A stretch of 57,755 nt of DNA from an uncultured Candidatus Saccharibacteria bacterium (GCA_964593365.1 CAZQGQ010000001.1:118629-176383); one strand, 5' to 3'. Positions 15,498 through 24,488 are shown, numbered from the stretch's first letter. A program made the numbers and translations. The notes: generated by a model from the sequence alone, not told the origin.

Positions 15498-15707
15498 TTA
15501 ATCTTTTGCAAGCTGAGCTTCAAGATCAGCGACCTGCTGCTCTAACTGCACTTCTGCTGTCCCCTTAACCTCGCCTCGTCCTGACTTGGCGCGATCTTCC
15601 TGCACCTGCTTTAGGCTTTGTTGTGCGCGCTCAAGTGCCAGCGCAAGACCGGCCTTCTTATTATCCTTGCCCTGTCTGTCTAACTCTGCAGATGATTGGT
15701 TGCTCAT
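15498..15707 (-). CDS. small coiled-coil hypothetical protein (69 aa)
   Basis: Charged helical sequence (LALALERAQQSLKQVQEDRAK...QLEQQVADLEAQLAKD). A terminator lies directly downstream. Confidence 0.5.
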   Translation of the reverse strand: MSNQSSAELDRQGKDNKKAGLALALERAQQSLKQVQEDRAKSGRGEVKGTAEVQLEQQVADLEAQLAKD

Positions 15708-15726
15708 GTGAGCGAGTATACACCCA

Positions 15727-15735
15727 TGGTAAAAT
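15727..15735 (+). promoter_or_regulatory. extended -10 (TGgTAAAAT) 9 nt before ATG 15745
   Basis: Sequence ATGGTAAAATcgtgcctatATG. Confidence 0.45.
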
Positions 15736-15744
15736 CGTGCCTAT

Positions 15745-16104
15745 ATGCGTCCCTATTGGCTCCTGGCAGCCCTTATTCTAAGTGCCGCCCTCTCAGCTCT
15801 CCATTTTTACGCCATCGATAACTTCCTGTATTGGGAGTACCCCTGGTTTGACGTTGGCATGCACTTGCTTGGCGGCGTGGCCATCGCAACATTTCTCATA
15901 GCGTTCCTGAAAGATTTCCGACCACGCGCGTTTCTTTTCCTTGCAGTACTCGCGTATGTCGGATGGGAGGTATTCGAGTACATCTTCGGTCTCCCGCGGA
16001 AGGAAAACTACTTCCTTGATACGACGATTGATTTTCTGATGGATGCTATCGGCTCGGTTGCGGCATATGTTGTAGCGCGTAAAACCATATGGCGCTCACG
16101 CTAA
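15745..16104 (+). CDS. small integral membrane protein (4 TM), unknown function
   Basis: 119 aa, hydrophobic. Its end overlaps the next gene by 16 nt. Confidence 0.6.
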   Translation: MRPYWLLAALILSAALSALHFYAIDNFLYWEYPWFDVGMHLLGGVAIATFLIAFLKDFRPRAFLFLAVLAYVGWEVFEYIFGLPRKENYFLDTTIDFLMDAIGSVAAYVVARKTIWRSR

Positions 16105-17477
16105 GTTGCTACGGCGGGGCAGAAGCGGTCACCGGATCAAACTTCCTTGTTGAAGGTGCTCGCGGAAAGATCCTCGTTGATTGCGGCATCGAGCAAGGGA
16201 AAGATATCTGCGAAAACTGTGTGGGAGATGGGTTTCCTTATGACCCCTCTACGGTAGACGCGCTTGTCATAACGCACGCGCATCTCGATCACGTCGGGCG
16301 CGCTCCGCGCCTCTTCAAGGAAGGATTTACGGGAAAGGTCTACATGACGCCTCCTACCAGGGACCTTGCCGAAGCGATTCTCCGGGATAGCGCAAAGATC
16401 CTCGCACAGACGGCGAGCGAGCGCGGGATAGACCCGCTGTATGAGCTTGCTGACGTCGAGGCGCTCTTAGCCCGCATAGAGACCCTTTCGTACCATACGG
16501 AGAAAGAGGTCGCGCCGGGGCTCTCCATCTATCTTCGAGAAACCGGCCATATCCTTGGCTCTGCGAGCGTACGCATTAAGGAAGAGTCAGGAGCCAGCCT
16601 TGCGATCACGAGTGACCTCGGGAACTCGCCATCGCCTCTTCTTCCTGATGCCGAACCGATACTGGACGCGAGCGTTATCCTGATCGAAAGCGTATACGGC
16701 AACCGGCAGAACACGGAGAAAGATACGCGCGTCGAAGGGCTCCGCGAGACCATGAAGCGGGCGATAGCGCGAGGCGGGGCGATCCTCGTCCCTGCCTTCT
16801 CGATGGAACGCACGCAGCTCATGCTCTACGAGCTCTCTAACTTCTTTGCAGAAAAGTCCTTACCACCGGTTCCCGTGTTCCTTGATTCTCCGCTTGCGAT
16901 CATGGTCACTGATATCTATAAGAAGTGGGGGAAAGAGTATTTCAAGAAAAGCACCAAAGATGAGCTTGCTAAGGAGGGAGATCTCTTCAACTTCCCATTC
17001 CTTTCCTTGACTCGCTCGCGCGAAGAATCCGAATCAATCGAGCAGACGCCAAACCCAAAGATCATCATCGCCGGAGCAGGAATGAGCCATGGCGGAAGGA
17101 TCGGCCGGCACGAGGCGCGCTACCTGCCAGACCCGAAGACAACACTCCTTATCATCGGGTACCAGGCACCTGGTTCTCCAGGACGACTCTTGCAGGACGG
17201 GTCGACCAAAGTGCGTATCGCAAAGCGCGATGTGAAAGTGAAAGGAAAGGTAGAAACCCTGCTTGGCTGGTCCGCGCACGCAGACCGAGACGGGCTCCTG
17301 GCATATGCCGAGTCGTGCCTTCCAAACGCAAAGACCTTCATCGTTGGTCTTGGAGAACCTTCTGCTGCGCGCTTCTTGGCCCAGCGCATCCATGACTTCC
17401 TCGGGGTACCAGCCATCGTCCCGACAAAAGGACAGCAGTTTCAGATAGGGGACGACGGAACAGTCAAAGCTCTATAA
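16089..17477 (+). CDS. MBL-fold beta-CASP RNA-metabolising hydrolase (CPSF73/RNase J-like)
   Basis: 462 aa with the HxHxDH motif (VITHAHLDHVGRAP). Downstream beta-CASP-like motifs include ESVYG, PAFSMERTQ and GWSAHAD. Confidence 0.8.
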   Translation: MALTLSCYGGAEAVTGSNFLVEGARGKILVDCGIEQGKDICENCVGDGFPYDPSTVDALVITHAHLDHVGRAPRLFKEGFTGKVYMTPPTRDLAEAILRDSAKILAQTASERGIDPLYELADVEALLARIETLSYHTEKEVAPGLSIYLRETGHILGSASVRIKEESGASLAITSDLGNSPSPLLPDAEPILDASVILIESVYGNRQNTEKDTRVEGLRETMKRAIARGGAILVPAFSMERTQLMLYELSNFFAEKSLPPVPVFLDSPLAIMVTDIYKKWGKEYFKKSTKDELAKEGDLFNFPFLSLTRSREESESIEQTPNPKIIIAGAGMSHGGRIGRHEARYLPDPKTTLLIIGYQAPGSPGRLLQDGSTKVRIAKRDVKVKGKVETLLGWSAHADRDGLLAYAESCLPNAKTFIVGLGEPSAARFLAQRIHDFLGVPAIVPTKGQQFQIGDDGTVKAL

Positions 17478-17503
17478 GAAAAAGGCCCCGAAGGGCCTTT
17501 TTG
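17478..17503. terminator. bidirectional terminator between the MBL gene and rplT
   Basis: AAAAAGGCCC-cgaa-GGGCCTTTTT. Confidence 0.75.
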
Positions 17504-17504
17504 C

Positions 17505-17852
17505 TTATCCTACCTTCTTCAAAACTCGGTCGAAGGCTTCCGGATGCTCGCTTGCAAGCGTGGAGAGGACCTTTCGGTCGAGCTCGATTCCTCCTTTCTT
17601 CAGCTTGTTGATGAACGTGCTGTATGAGGTCTGGCCGTTCTCGCGAAGCGCTGCGTTCAAGCGGACGATCCAGAGAGAACGGAAGTCGTTCTTCTTGTCC
17701 TTGCGGTGGGCAAACGCCTGCTTTCCAGCATGGACCAAGGATTCCTTGGCGCGGCGTTCCTTCTTAGAGCGCTCGTGGCGGTATCCCTTGGCGCGCTTCA
17801 ATACTGAGCGGCGGCGCTTCAGGGACATCATTCCTCCTTTTACTCGTGGCAT
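17505..17852 (-). CDS. rplT: 50S ribosomal protein L20
   Basis: 115 aa containing [25 protein letters not shown]...[19 protein letters not shown]. Confidence 0.96.
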   Translation of the reverse strand: MPRVKGGMMSLKRRRSVLKRAKGYRHERSKKERRAKESLVHAGKQAFAHRKDKKNDFRSLWIVRLNAALRENGQTSYSTFINKLKKGGIELDRKVLSTLASEHPEAFDRVLKKVG

Positions 17853-17876
17853 AGAAAATGGACTACGTGGCTAATA

Positions 17877-18062
17877 TTAAGCACCTGGAAGGTAACGGCG
17901 CTTTGCGCGGTTGGTGAGAACGAGGGCGACGCCTTGTTTTTTGGCACCCTTCGTCCTTCCGCGCTCTTTTGCGTTGAAATGGTTCTGACCGGACTTGCGG
18001 GTGATGAGCTTGCCGTTCTTCGTCACCTTGATCCGCTTGGTGTATGACTTATTCGTTTTCAT
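17877..18062 (-). CDS. rpmI: 50S ribosomal protein L35
   Basis: Starts MKTNKSYTKRIKVTKNGKLITRKSGQNHF... at an ATG embedded in the infC 3' end (aaATGAAAACGAATAAg). The track start at 18107 is an over-extension. Confidence 0.88.
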   Translation of the reverse strand: MKTNKSYTKRIKVTKNGKLITRKSGQNHFNAKERGRTKGAKKQGVALVLTNRAKRRYLPGA

Positions 18063-18609
18063 TTGTTTCTTTGGGTTTTTTGGAAGCCGCAGGATCCCGT
18101 TCGACAATGCCGGCGAATCCCTTGGGGGATCGCGTTACCGGCTCTGCGATGCGGTAGGCGTACGGTATGAGCAGCAGGAACTTCTCGAGCCGGGCTTTGA
18201 GGAAGGCTTCCTCCATCCCCTTGTACCGGCCTTTGAGGAAGAGCTCTGCACGCACTCGATGCCCTTCGGCAAGCCACTCGGCTGCCTTCTTGGCCTTGAG
18301 GCGCATATCGTTCTCCCCCGTACCGACCTTTATCTGGACCTCCTTGGTCTCAGATACCTTGGCTTTCGCCCGGGCAGCCCGTTCCTTCTTGCTACGCTCG
18401 TATTCGAATTTACCATAATCAGCCACTTTAGCAACGGGAGGGACCGCATTTGGCGATATCTCGATCAGGTCCAAATTGGCCTCCTCGGCTGCCTTGAGGG
18501 CCGCCTCAAGCGTGAGGACGCCCAGGTTCTCACCTTGCGCGCCTATGACGCGGAGTTCTTTGGCGCGTATTTCGCGGTTGATGCGGGTCTTGTCGGAGTT
18601 GACTATCAC
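18049..18609 (-). CDS. infC: translation initiation factor IF-3
   Basis: 186 aa containing INREIRAKELRVIGAQGENLGVLTLEAALKAAEEANLDLIEISPNAVPPVAKVADYGKFEYE. The start codon is non-ATG (GTG ATA ...). Canonical infC-rpmI-rplT order. Confidence 0.93.
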   Translation of the reverse strand: MIVNSDKTRINREIRAKELRVIGAQGENLGVLTLEAALKAAEEANLDLIEISPNAVPPVAKVADYGKFEYERSKKERAARAKAKVSETKEVQIKVGTGENDMRLKAKKAAEWLAEGHRVRAELFLKGRYKGMEEAFLKARLEKFLLLIPYAYRIAEPVTRSPKGFAGIVERDPAASKKPKETNENE

Positions 18610-18673
18610 GGATTAGTGGACTGTAGCACGCAGACACTCTCGCGACAACGCTTTCGCTTGGGGGTTCTTGGGG

Positions 18674-18679
18674 TAGTAT
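18674..18679 (+). promoter_or_regulatory. -10 element TAGTAT 7 nt before ATG 18687
   Basis: Sequence GGGTAGTATcgagtggATG. Confidence 0.4.
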
Positions 18680-18686
18680 CGAGTGG

Positions 18687-19445
18687 ATGGAAATAACTCC
18701 GTTCCAGGTCGCGACCCTCGTGCCGCCCAAGGACGACCTTCTGGGAAAGATACAAGCCTCTTCGCTCACCCTCGAAGAGCATGATGTCATCGCACTTTCC
18801 TCCAAAGTAGTGGGCATCATGGAAGGCAGATGCGTGCCTTCTGAGGGCGTGCATCCTGATTCGCTTATAACCCAGGAAGCGGAAGAATACCTGGAGCGCT
18901 CAGAGACGCCGGGCGGGTTTGTCATGCATACGATTACGAACGGGATACTGATTCCAAACGCAGGCACCGATCCCTTTGGCGGGCACTACGTGCTCTGGCC
19001 TAAGGACCCGAAGAAAAGCGCGCAGGACCTGCTGCAGTGGTTCAAGGAAACATATAAGCGCGAGCACCTCTATCTCGTCATCACAGATTCAAGGAGTGTC
19101 TTCTTGCGACGAGGTGTCGTGGGGATGGCTGTCGCATGGGCCGGGTTCGAGCCGCTCTATGACAATCGAAGCCGCGAAGACCTGCTCGGGTTTCCGACAA
19201 GCGGGAGCCAGACTAATGTCCCGGACTCGCTTGCGGCTGCCGCAGTATTCATGATGGGCGAAGCAAACGAAGGAACGCCCTTGGTTCGCCTTCGAGGAGT
19301 TCCGTATATTTCTGAAAAGAGCGTCGCGCGAAAGGCGGACGCTAACTCATTCGAGTTTTCGATAGACGAGGATATCTTCGCTCCTTTCTTAGGGCGCGCG
19401 CCTTGGAAGAAGGGAGGCGCTACTTCTTCTCCCGAAGAAGCCTAA
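18687..19445 (+). CDS. CofE-like (F420-0:gamma-glutamyl ligase family) protein, copy 1
   Basis: 252 aa containing LVPPKDDLL...VIALSSKVVGIMEGRCV, ITDSRSVFLRRGVVGMAVAWAGF and MGEANEGTPLVRLRG. These are family motifs recalled from PF01996-type proteins. Confidence 0.7.
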   Translation: MEITPFQVATLVPPKDDLLGKIQASSLTLEEHDVIALSSKVVGIMEGRCVPSEGVHPDSLITQEAEEYLERSETPGGFVMHTITNGILIPNAGTDPFGGHYVLWPKDPKKSAQDLLQWFKETYKREHLYLVITDSRSVFLRRGVVGMAVAWAGFEPLYDNRSREDLLGFPTSGSQTNVPDSLAAAAVFMMGEANEGTPLVRLRGVPYISEKSVARKADANSFEFSIDEDIFAPFLGRAPWKKGGATSSPEEA

Positions 19446-20061
19446 TCCCGACATACGCAAGCGGGGTGTAGAGAAGGCCCATCAAGACTTTGTAGAGCCA
19501 CCAGGTAAGGATGAGCGAGAGGAGTACTGGAGTCTCATACACGCCATAGAAGGCGATCACCATAAAGAGGACGGTATCGAGTCCCTGCGACCAGAGGTTT
19601 GAGAGTGTTGAGCGAAGCCAGAAGCCTTCGCTTGCAAAGCGCTTCTTGAAAAAGAAGAATGAGATCACGTCTTGGTACTCGGCGACTGCAAACGCAACGA
19701 GAGATGCGATTGAAATCCGGAGCGAGAGCCCGAAGATCTGCTCGTAGCTTTCCTTGGCCCACAACCCTTCGCTTGACCAAGGGGTCACGATCGAGATGAC
19801 GTTATAGAGAATGAAAAGCGCGGTCGAGACAATGCCGGCAAGCACGAAGAACTTCGCCACTTTCTTTCCATACACCTCGCCGATGATGTCGGTCATAAGA
19901 AAGACCACGGGGAACATGAACACTCCGATCGAGAGATGCGAGTCAAAGAGAAACGGCATGATCTTGAACGCGCCAAGCGTGTTCGCCGCGATAAGCGACG
20001 TGATGTAGATGGCAAGCGCGATCAAAAGCTTGCGGATCGCTGAGTCTGAGAGCTCGTGCAT
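19420..20061 (-). CDS. yhhQ: queuosine-precursor transporter family protein (YhhQ/DUF165)
   Basis: 213 aa with 6 TM. Contains FPVVFLMTDIIGEVYGKKVAKFFV and SNLWSQGLDTVLF. Its 3' end overlaps the convergent CofE-like gene by 26 nt. Confidence 0.75.
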   Translation of the reverse strand: MHELSDSAIRKLLIALAIYITSLIAANTLGAFKIMPFLFDSHLSIGVFMFPVVFLMTDIIGEVYGKKVAKFFVLAGIVSTALFILYNVISIVTPWSSEGLWAKESYEQIFGLSLRISIASLVAFAVAEYQDVISFFFFKKRFASEGFWLRSTLSNLWSQGLDTVLFMVIAFYGVYETPVLLSLILTWWLYKVLMGLLYTPLAYVGIRLLREKK

Positions 20062-20067
20062 GCGCGA

Positions 20068-20076
20068 ACTATAGCA
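20068..20076 (-). promoter_or_regulatory. extended -10 (TGcTATAGT) 6 nt before yhhQ ATG
   Basis: The minus strand reads GGATGCTATAGTtcgcgcATG. Confidence 0.45.
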
Positions 20077-20090
20077 TCCGGCTTGTATAC

Positions 20091-20121
20091 AAAAACCGGC
20101 CCCTTGTGGAGCCGGTCTTTG
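20091..20121 (-). terminator. terminator of 20135..20455 (-)
   Basis: The minus strand reads AAAGACCGGCTCC-acaa-GGGGCCGGTTTTT. Confidence 0.55.
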
Positions 20122-20134
20122 CTATAGAGAACTC

Positions 20135-20455
20135 TTACTGAGGTTCAGGCGTTCCTTCGATGCCGCTTTCGCCTTCGAGATCAGCTCCTTGGACTTCTGT
20201 TTGGAAGTCTTCAAGAGTGTCTGCGAGTTCGCTCAATACGCGCTGGCAGTTTTCTGCATCAACCCCTTCTGGGCCGTTACACTCTGCTGCGATGCGCGCA
20301 CGAATGTCAGTAATGTCTTCGTAGCCTTCCTGGACTACGTTATCAATATCGCGCTGATCCTTGTTCCAGCCGTGCCACATCATTCCAAGAAGAATGATGA
20401 CGACAATGCCAAGAACGATAGCTGCGACTTTCCATCCTTTGGTGTTGTTATCCAT
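20135..20455 (-). CDS. membrane-anchored acidic hypothetical protein (106 aa)
   Basis: N-terminal TM segment (WKVAAIVLGIVVIILLGMMW) followed by an acidic helical ectodomain. Confidence 0.55.
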   Translation of the reverse strand: MDNNTKGWKVAAIVLGIVVIILLGMMWHGWNKDQRDIDNVVQEGYEDITDIRARIAAECNGPEGVDAENCQRVLSELADTLEDFQTEVQGADLEGESGIEGTPEPQ

Positions 20456-20543
20456 AGTGAGAGTCAGTGAGTAATGGAACGGGATTCATTGTACCCCCAT
20501 ACCGTGAAGCGTTCATGAAGATTGGATGGGGTTAACTGCACAC

Positions 20544-20552
20544 TGCTATACT
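20544..20552 (+). promoter_or_regulatory. extended -10 (TGcTATACT) 6 nt before dedA ATG
   Basis: Sequence CACTGCTATACTccctagATG. Confidence 0.45.
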
Positions 20553-20558
20553 CCCTAG

Positions 20559-21158
20559 ATGTTTGCTTGGGTTTTAGGCGTTGTCGAAGGAGGAGGCTAT
20601 ATCGGCATCTTCTTTTTGATGATCCTAGAAAATATCTTCCCACCCATCCCTTCTGAGGCCATTATTCCGCTTGCGGGGTTTCTTGCGGCTGAAGGACGGC
20701 TAGATATCACACTCGTCATCTTGGTGAGTACCCTTGGTACGCTAGTTGGATGTTTGTTTTGGTACGCAGTCGGGCGCGCAGTGGGACTGGAGAGGATAAA
20801 ATGGTTTTGCGAGAAGTATGGGCGCATCACGACCCTCTCTCCTCAAGAGGTAGATACGGCGCAGGTGTGGTTCACGAAGTATGGCGCTGCAGCTGTTTTC
20901 TTCGGGCGCCTTATTCCTGGCGTGCGCACCCTAATTTCTATTCCTGCAGGAATCGCAGGTATGCCGCTGCTCCCGTTTCTTTTCTATTCAACGCTCGGAA
21001 GCATCCCGTGGATCCTTATCCTGGCCGCGCTTGGCTATGTGCTCCAAAGCAACTATGCGCAGGTGGAAGCATATCTTGATCCGGTCTCGACGATTGTGCT
21101 TGGTCTTATCGTTTTGTATTACCTCTATAGAGTGATTACGTACAAGACGAAGCGGTGA
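20559..21158 (+). CDS. dedA: DedA/SNARE-associated family membrane protein
   Basis: 199 aa containing GGYIGIFFLMILENIFPPIPSEAIIPLAGFLAAEG and FGRLIPGVRTLISIPAG. Confidence 0.85.
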   Translation: MFAWVLGVVEGGGYIGIFFLMILENIFPPIPSEAIIPLAGFLAAEGRLDITLVILVSTLGTLVGCLFWYAVGRAVGLERIKWFCEKYGRITTLSPQEVDTAQVWFTKYGAAAVFFGRLIPGVRTLISIPAGIAGMPLLPFLFYSTLGSIPWILILAALGYVLQSNYAQVEAYLDPVSTIVLGLIVLYYLYRVITYKTKR

Positions 21159-21162
21159 GAAA

Positions 21163-22287
21163 TTACCTAGAGCTTAGTGGGACCAGCTTTCCATTTTGTA
21201 CGATGCCTATTCTCACAGGAGTAGTGTCGACCGCGTGATCTTCGTTGAACGTTATCGTGCTGCTTGGCGTGACAAACGAGTGTGACGCAAGATACGGTGC
21301 AACCTCTGCTCGTGCCGTTGTCGCCGCAATAGCCTGTGCCATGACATAGATGCTCTCGTAACTCTTCTCTGCCGTGTGCGTCGGCAGGACGCCATATCGC
21401 TTTTCATAGAGCTTGGAGAAGCGGTCCGAGCTTAGCTCCCAGTCAAGCACTATTACTCCTTCTATAAGGCTCTTGTCTGCAGTAGGAGCAGAGAACGAGT
21501 CGATGATCCCGTAATAGCTGATGACGGTCGGATGGTAGTTAAACTCGCGTGCGCGCGTGAGGAAATTGACCGGGTCCACATCAACCATGTCTAGGAATAC
21601 CGCATCAACCCCACCTTGTTTGAGCTTGCTGATGGTTGTCCTGAAGTCGTTGCTTCCGATGGTGGTGTACGCCTCGTCGATGATGGGACCGCGGCCAAGA
21701 TCGGTCATGACTGCAGAAAGCGTCGTGGCGATCTGCTGGCCGAAGGTGGACTTGAAGTGCACGACGGCAAGTTTTTGCACGTCGCTCTGGGCCACGTAGT
21801 CCTTCAGCTCGAGGATTACTTTATTGAAGTCGGGCATGAGCACAAAACTGTTGCCGGAAGGTTCAAGGCCGCCGGGCACTCGCAAATTAGATGGCGATAT
21901 AAATGCGACCTTCTCAGCGTCAGCGACAGGGAAGAGGGGAATGGTCACGAAATCAAAGTTCCCGCCCACTACTCCTTCGACCTCGTCTACGCTTGTTAGC
22001 TTCCTGAACGCGGAGATCGCAACTTCAGGCTTAGTCTGATCATCCTCGACGACGAGCGTAACTAATCGCCCATCGATTCCGCCTTCGGCATTTATCTCGT
22101 CAACGGCGATCTGCATGGCGTTACGTGCGGGCTCTCCATAACTTGCCGCGATGCCCGTCAGAGAAAGCACGGCACCTATCTTGATAGGGTTCTCAGAAGA
22201 GGGGGCCGCAGGGCGGTTGCCAAGCAAGAACCAGGCGCCACCTATTACAAGCACAGCAACCAGAAGCATCCAAGATGTTTTATTCAT
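21163..22287 (-). CDS. periplasmic-binding-protein type I (LivJ-like) ABC substrate-binding protein, orphan
   Basis: Starts MNKTSWMLLVAVLVIGGAWFLL (signal/anchor) and contains KIGAVLSLTGIAASYGEPARNAMQIAVDEINAEGGIDGR. A TATAAA -10-like box sits inside the longer track ORF (to 22344), which favours the 22287 start. No permease or ATPase genes lie nearby. Confidence 0.75.
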   Translation of the reverse strand: MNKTSWMLLVAVLVIGGAWFLLGNRPAAPSSENPIKIGAVLSLTGIAASYGEPARNAMQIAVDEINAEGGIDGRLVTLVVEDDQTKPEVAISAFRKLTSVDEVEGVVGGNFDFVTIPLFPVADAEKVAFISPSNLRVPGGLEPSGNSFVLMPDFNKVILELKDYVAQSDVQKLAVVHFKSTFGQQIATTLSAVMTDLGRGPIIDEAYTTIGSNDFRTTISKLKQGGVDAVFLDMVDVDPVNFLTRAREFNYHPTVISYYGIIDSFSAPTADKSLIEGVIVLDWELSSDRFSKLYEKRYGVLPTHTAEKSYESIYVMAQAIAATTARAEVAPYLASHSFVTPSSTITFNEDHAVDTTPVRIGIVQNGKLVPLSSR

Positions 22288-22393
22288 GTTATTAGAAATC
22301 GAATTTTTATAATGTCCACCCAGTATCTCCTGGATATAGGCCACGTCAATGTAGAGTCGTATACTTTTAACTGCTTAGATATGACAAATAACG

Positions 22394-22421
22394 TTGACAA
22401 TAAGCCATCCTTGGATAAGAT
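22394..22421 (+). promoter_or_regulatory. sigma70-type promoter of the TrmB-like gene
   Basis: TTGACA, then 16 nt, then TAAGAT. The ATG is 12 nt downstream. Confidence 0.5.
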
Positions 22422-22433
22422 AGTCATAAATAT

Positions 22434-23180
22434 ATGACTGAAACTGGATCAAATCATCTAAAAAGCGCCTTAAAGACGGGGCTCTCAGCCAAAGCGGCCA
22501 CGGTATATGTCACCCTCCTAGAGGCAGGGACCGGATTGGCACCAAAGAACATCATCACTAGGACGGGGATACATCGGCAGTACGTATACGATGCCCTCAG
22601 TGAACTGCAGGAGCGAGGCTTGATTGCCGCTACCGGAGAAAAACGCAAGATACGCTATCTTGCCGCTAGTCCTGACCGTCTTGCCCAGGAAGCAGAGAAG
22701 AAACGAATAGACGTGCTTGATGGGGTGCAAAACCTTATGCGTTTATATGACCGTTCTCCAGCAGGCGTTGTCGACGTCCTGCGAGGAAGCGCGGCCGTCA
22801 TCGAAAGTGAGTTTGCAATGCTCCGAGAGTCGGAGAAAGGGAGCTACCTGGATGTCGTCGGCGGCGCAGGAATGAACTGGGTGCACTTGTTCGAGGACCG
22901 GCTTGAGGAGTGGGAAGCGCTTCGCAAAGAGAAGCAAATCAAGCTTCGATACATAGGAACCGAGGAGGATGTGGCACACAATAAGAAAGAGAGCGTCATT
23001 GAGAACGAATCCAGGATCATCCCCAACATCGGAAATATCGTTAACGTCGTCATTCGACCAGATAGTGTCACATTCAATATCTATGAACCTGAGGTACTGG
23101 CAGTACGTGTAAAGAACGATGCAGCGGCAGCAAGCCAGCGAGCTCTGTTTGAGGTGTTATGGAACGCTGCAAAGAGCTAG
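22434..23180 (+). CDS. TrmB-family transcriptional regulator
   Basis: 248 aa. The N-terminal winged-helix region is LSAKAATVYVTLLEAGTGLAPKNIITRTGIHRQYVYDALSELQERGLI, and a TrmB-like C-terminal domain follows. Confidence 0.7.
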   Translation: MTETGSNHLKSALKTGLSAKAATVYVTLLEAGTGLAPKNIITRTGIHRQYVYDALSELQERGLIAATGEKRKIRYLAASPDRLAQEAEKKRIDVLDGVQNLMRLYDRSPAGVVDVLRGSAAVIESEFAMLRESEKGSYLDVVGGAGMNWVHLFEDRLEEWEALRKEKQIKLRYIGTEEDVAHNKKESVIENESRIIPNIGNIVNVVIRPDSVTFNIYEPEVLAVRVKNDAAAASQRALFEVLWNAAKS

Positions 23181-23216
23181 TCCGTCTGAGGAGCTTTGCC
23201 ATAGTATGATTCTGCT

Positions 23217-23966
23217 ATGAGCACCAAGCCTTGGATTGTGTGGGGGATCGGCGTCGTCGTAATCGTGGGCGTTGTAACCGCGCTCTGGATGATGTTCATG
23301 TCTCCGCGCGAAACCACTATTGTTGAAGAAGGCGGCGAAGAACAGAGCGGATCGAATGAGGGTCTCGTGACCGGACCAATCGTCAGGTACGACACCGAAG
23401 AAATTCGAGGCGATTGCGAATCTGGATACGACTGCCATATACGGTTATGGGGAATAGACGAGCAGGGGCTCACTGCGCTTATCGTTGATGACATCACTGA
23501 TCTCTTCCAGCAGACAACCGGGATAGACGGGTACACCATTGAGAAGTTTTTCTTCCCGGCACAATCCGACACGCTTATCTTTAAGGCAGCAATAGGAAGC
23601 AGCTCTTGCTGCACTCTCTACGCATACGACGTCTCAGAGAAGACCTTTACCGAACATGGGCGAGTGGGCACCATGACTGGGGGAGAACTTCCGTCGCCAG
23701 ACAACTCAAGGATGATTAAATTTGCCCAAGAAGGAGCGGAGCTTCAGGTCATCGATGTCCTCAGTAACAGGGTTATCGCTACGGTGAAGGCAGGACCAGG
23801 CGAGTCGTTCACCAAGGCGATCAACGGATACGGTGCCGATCCGTATGGCGCGTACGAATGGATTACTCTCAATTCGTTTTCATATGAGGTGTTCTCTTCT
23901 GCGGATAAGGCCGGGATGGATGCTCCGCGGCCTCTCAAAGAAAAGAGAACATTCGTAATCAAGTAG
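23217..23966 (+). CDS. membrane-anchored hypothetical protein (249 aa)
   Basis: N-terminal TM segment (WIVWGIGVVVIVGVVTALWMMF). No recognised motif. Confidence 0.55.
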   Translation: MSTKPWIVWGIGVVVIVGVVTALWMMFMSPRETTIVEEGGEEQSGSNEGLVTGPIVRYDTEEIRGDCESGYDCHIRLWGIDEQGLTALIVDDITDLFQQTTGIDGYTIEKFFFPAQSDTLIFKAAIGSSSCCTLYAYDVSEKTFTEHGRVGTMTGGELPSPDNSRMIKFAQEGAELQVIDVLSNRVIATVKAGPGESFTKAINGYGADPYGAYEWITLNSFSYEVFSSADKAGMDAPRPLKEKRTFVIK

Positions 23967-24003
23967 TTGAACGGGATGGATGGCAGATAGTCTCTGCAGC
24001 CGA

Positions 24004-24009
24004 TATAAT
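24004..24009 (+). promoter_or_regulatory. consensus -10 TATAAT 6 nt before ATG 24016
   Basis: Sequence CCGATATAATagacgcATG. It lies inside the longer track ORF (23980), arguing for the 24016 start. Confidence 0.45.
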
Positions 24010-24015
24010 AGACGC

Positions 24016-24471
24016 ATGACAACACAACACTATTCAATCCAAATCAACGCACCGAAAGAGAAGGTCTGGGACACCATGCTCGACCAGGACACGTATCGGG
24101 AATGGACCAGGGCTTTTAATGAAGGAGGACGTTTTGAAGGTAGCTGGGATCAGGGTTCCAAGATTCTCTTCATTGGACCAGATCCTGAGACCGGGAAGGA
24201 CGGAGGCATGGTTTCCCGCATCAAGGAGAACAGACTGTATGAGTTCGTGTCTATCGAGCATCTCGGCATTATGAAAAACGGTGTCGAAGATACGACAAGC
24301 GAAGAGGCGAAAAAGTTTGCTCCTGCATACGAAAACTACACCTTTACTGAGAAGGATGGTGTTACCGAAGTAACTGTAGATATAGATGTTGCTGAGGAGT
24401 TTGCCGATTTCTTTGCAGAAACATGGCCGAAGGGTCTTGCAAAGGTTAAAGAAATCTCCGAAAGGCCCTAG
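24016..24471 (+). CDS. SRPBCC/AHSA1-like domain protein
   Basis: Contains IQINAPKEKVWDTMLDQDTYREWT...G. Confidence 0.65.
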   Translation: MTTQHYSIQINAPKEKVWDTMLDQDTYREWTRAFNEGGRFEGSWDQGSKILFIGPDPETGKDGGMVSRIKENRLYEFVSIEHLGIMKNGVEDTTSEEAKKFAPAYENYTFTEKDGVTEVTVDIDVAEEFADFFAETWPKGLAKVKEISERP

Positions 24472-24488
24472 TCAGTTATCTCTATAAG

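Noticed and set aside
15308-15568. 86-aa ORF starting with GTG right after a TATACT box.
   Set aside because: It reads through a strong intrinsic terminator and into the convergent gene, and its composition is not protein-like. I treat the region as a candidate sRNA instead.
19420-19445. The 26-nt 3'-end overlap of the convergent CofE-like and yhhQ genes as an antisense regulatory device.
   Set aside because: Short convergent overlaps are common in compact genomes. No additional structure or conservation evidence is available from the sequence alone.
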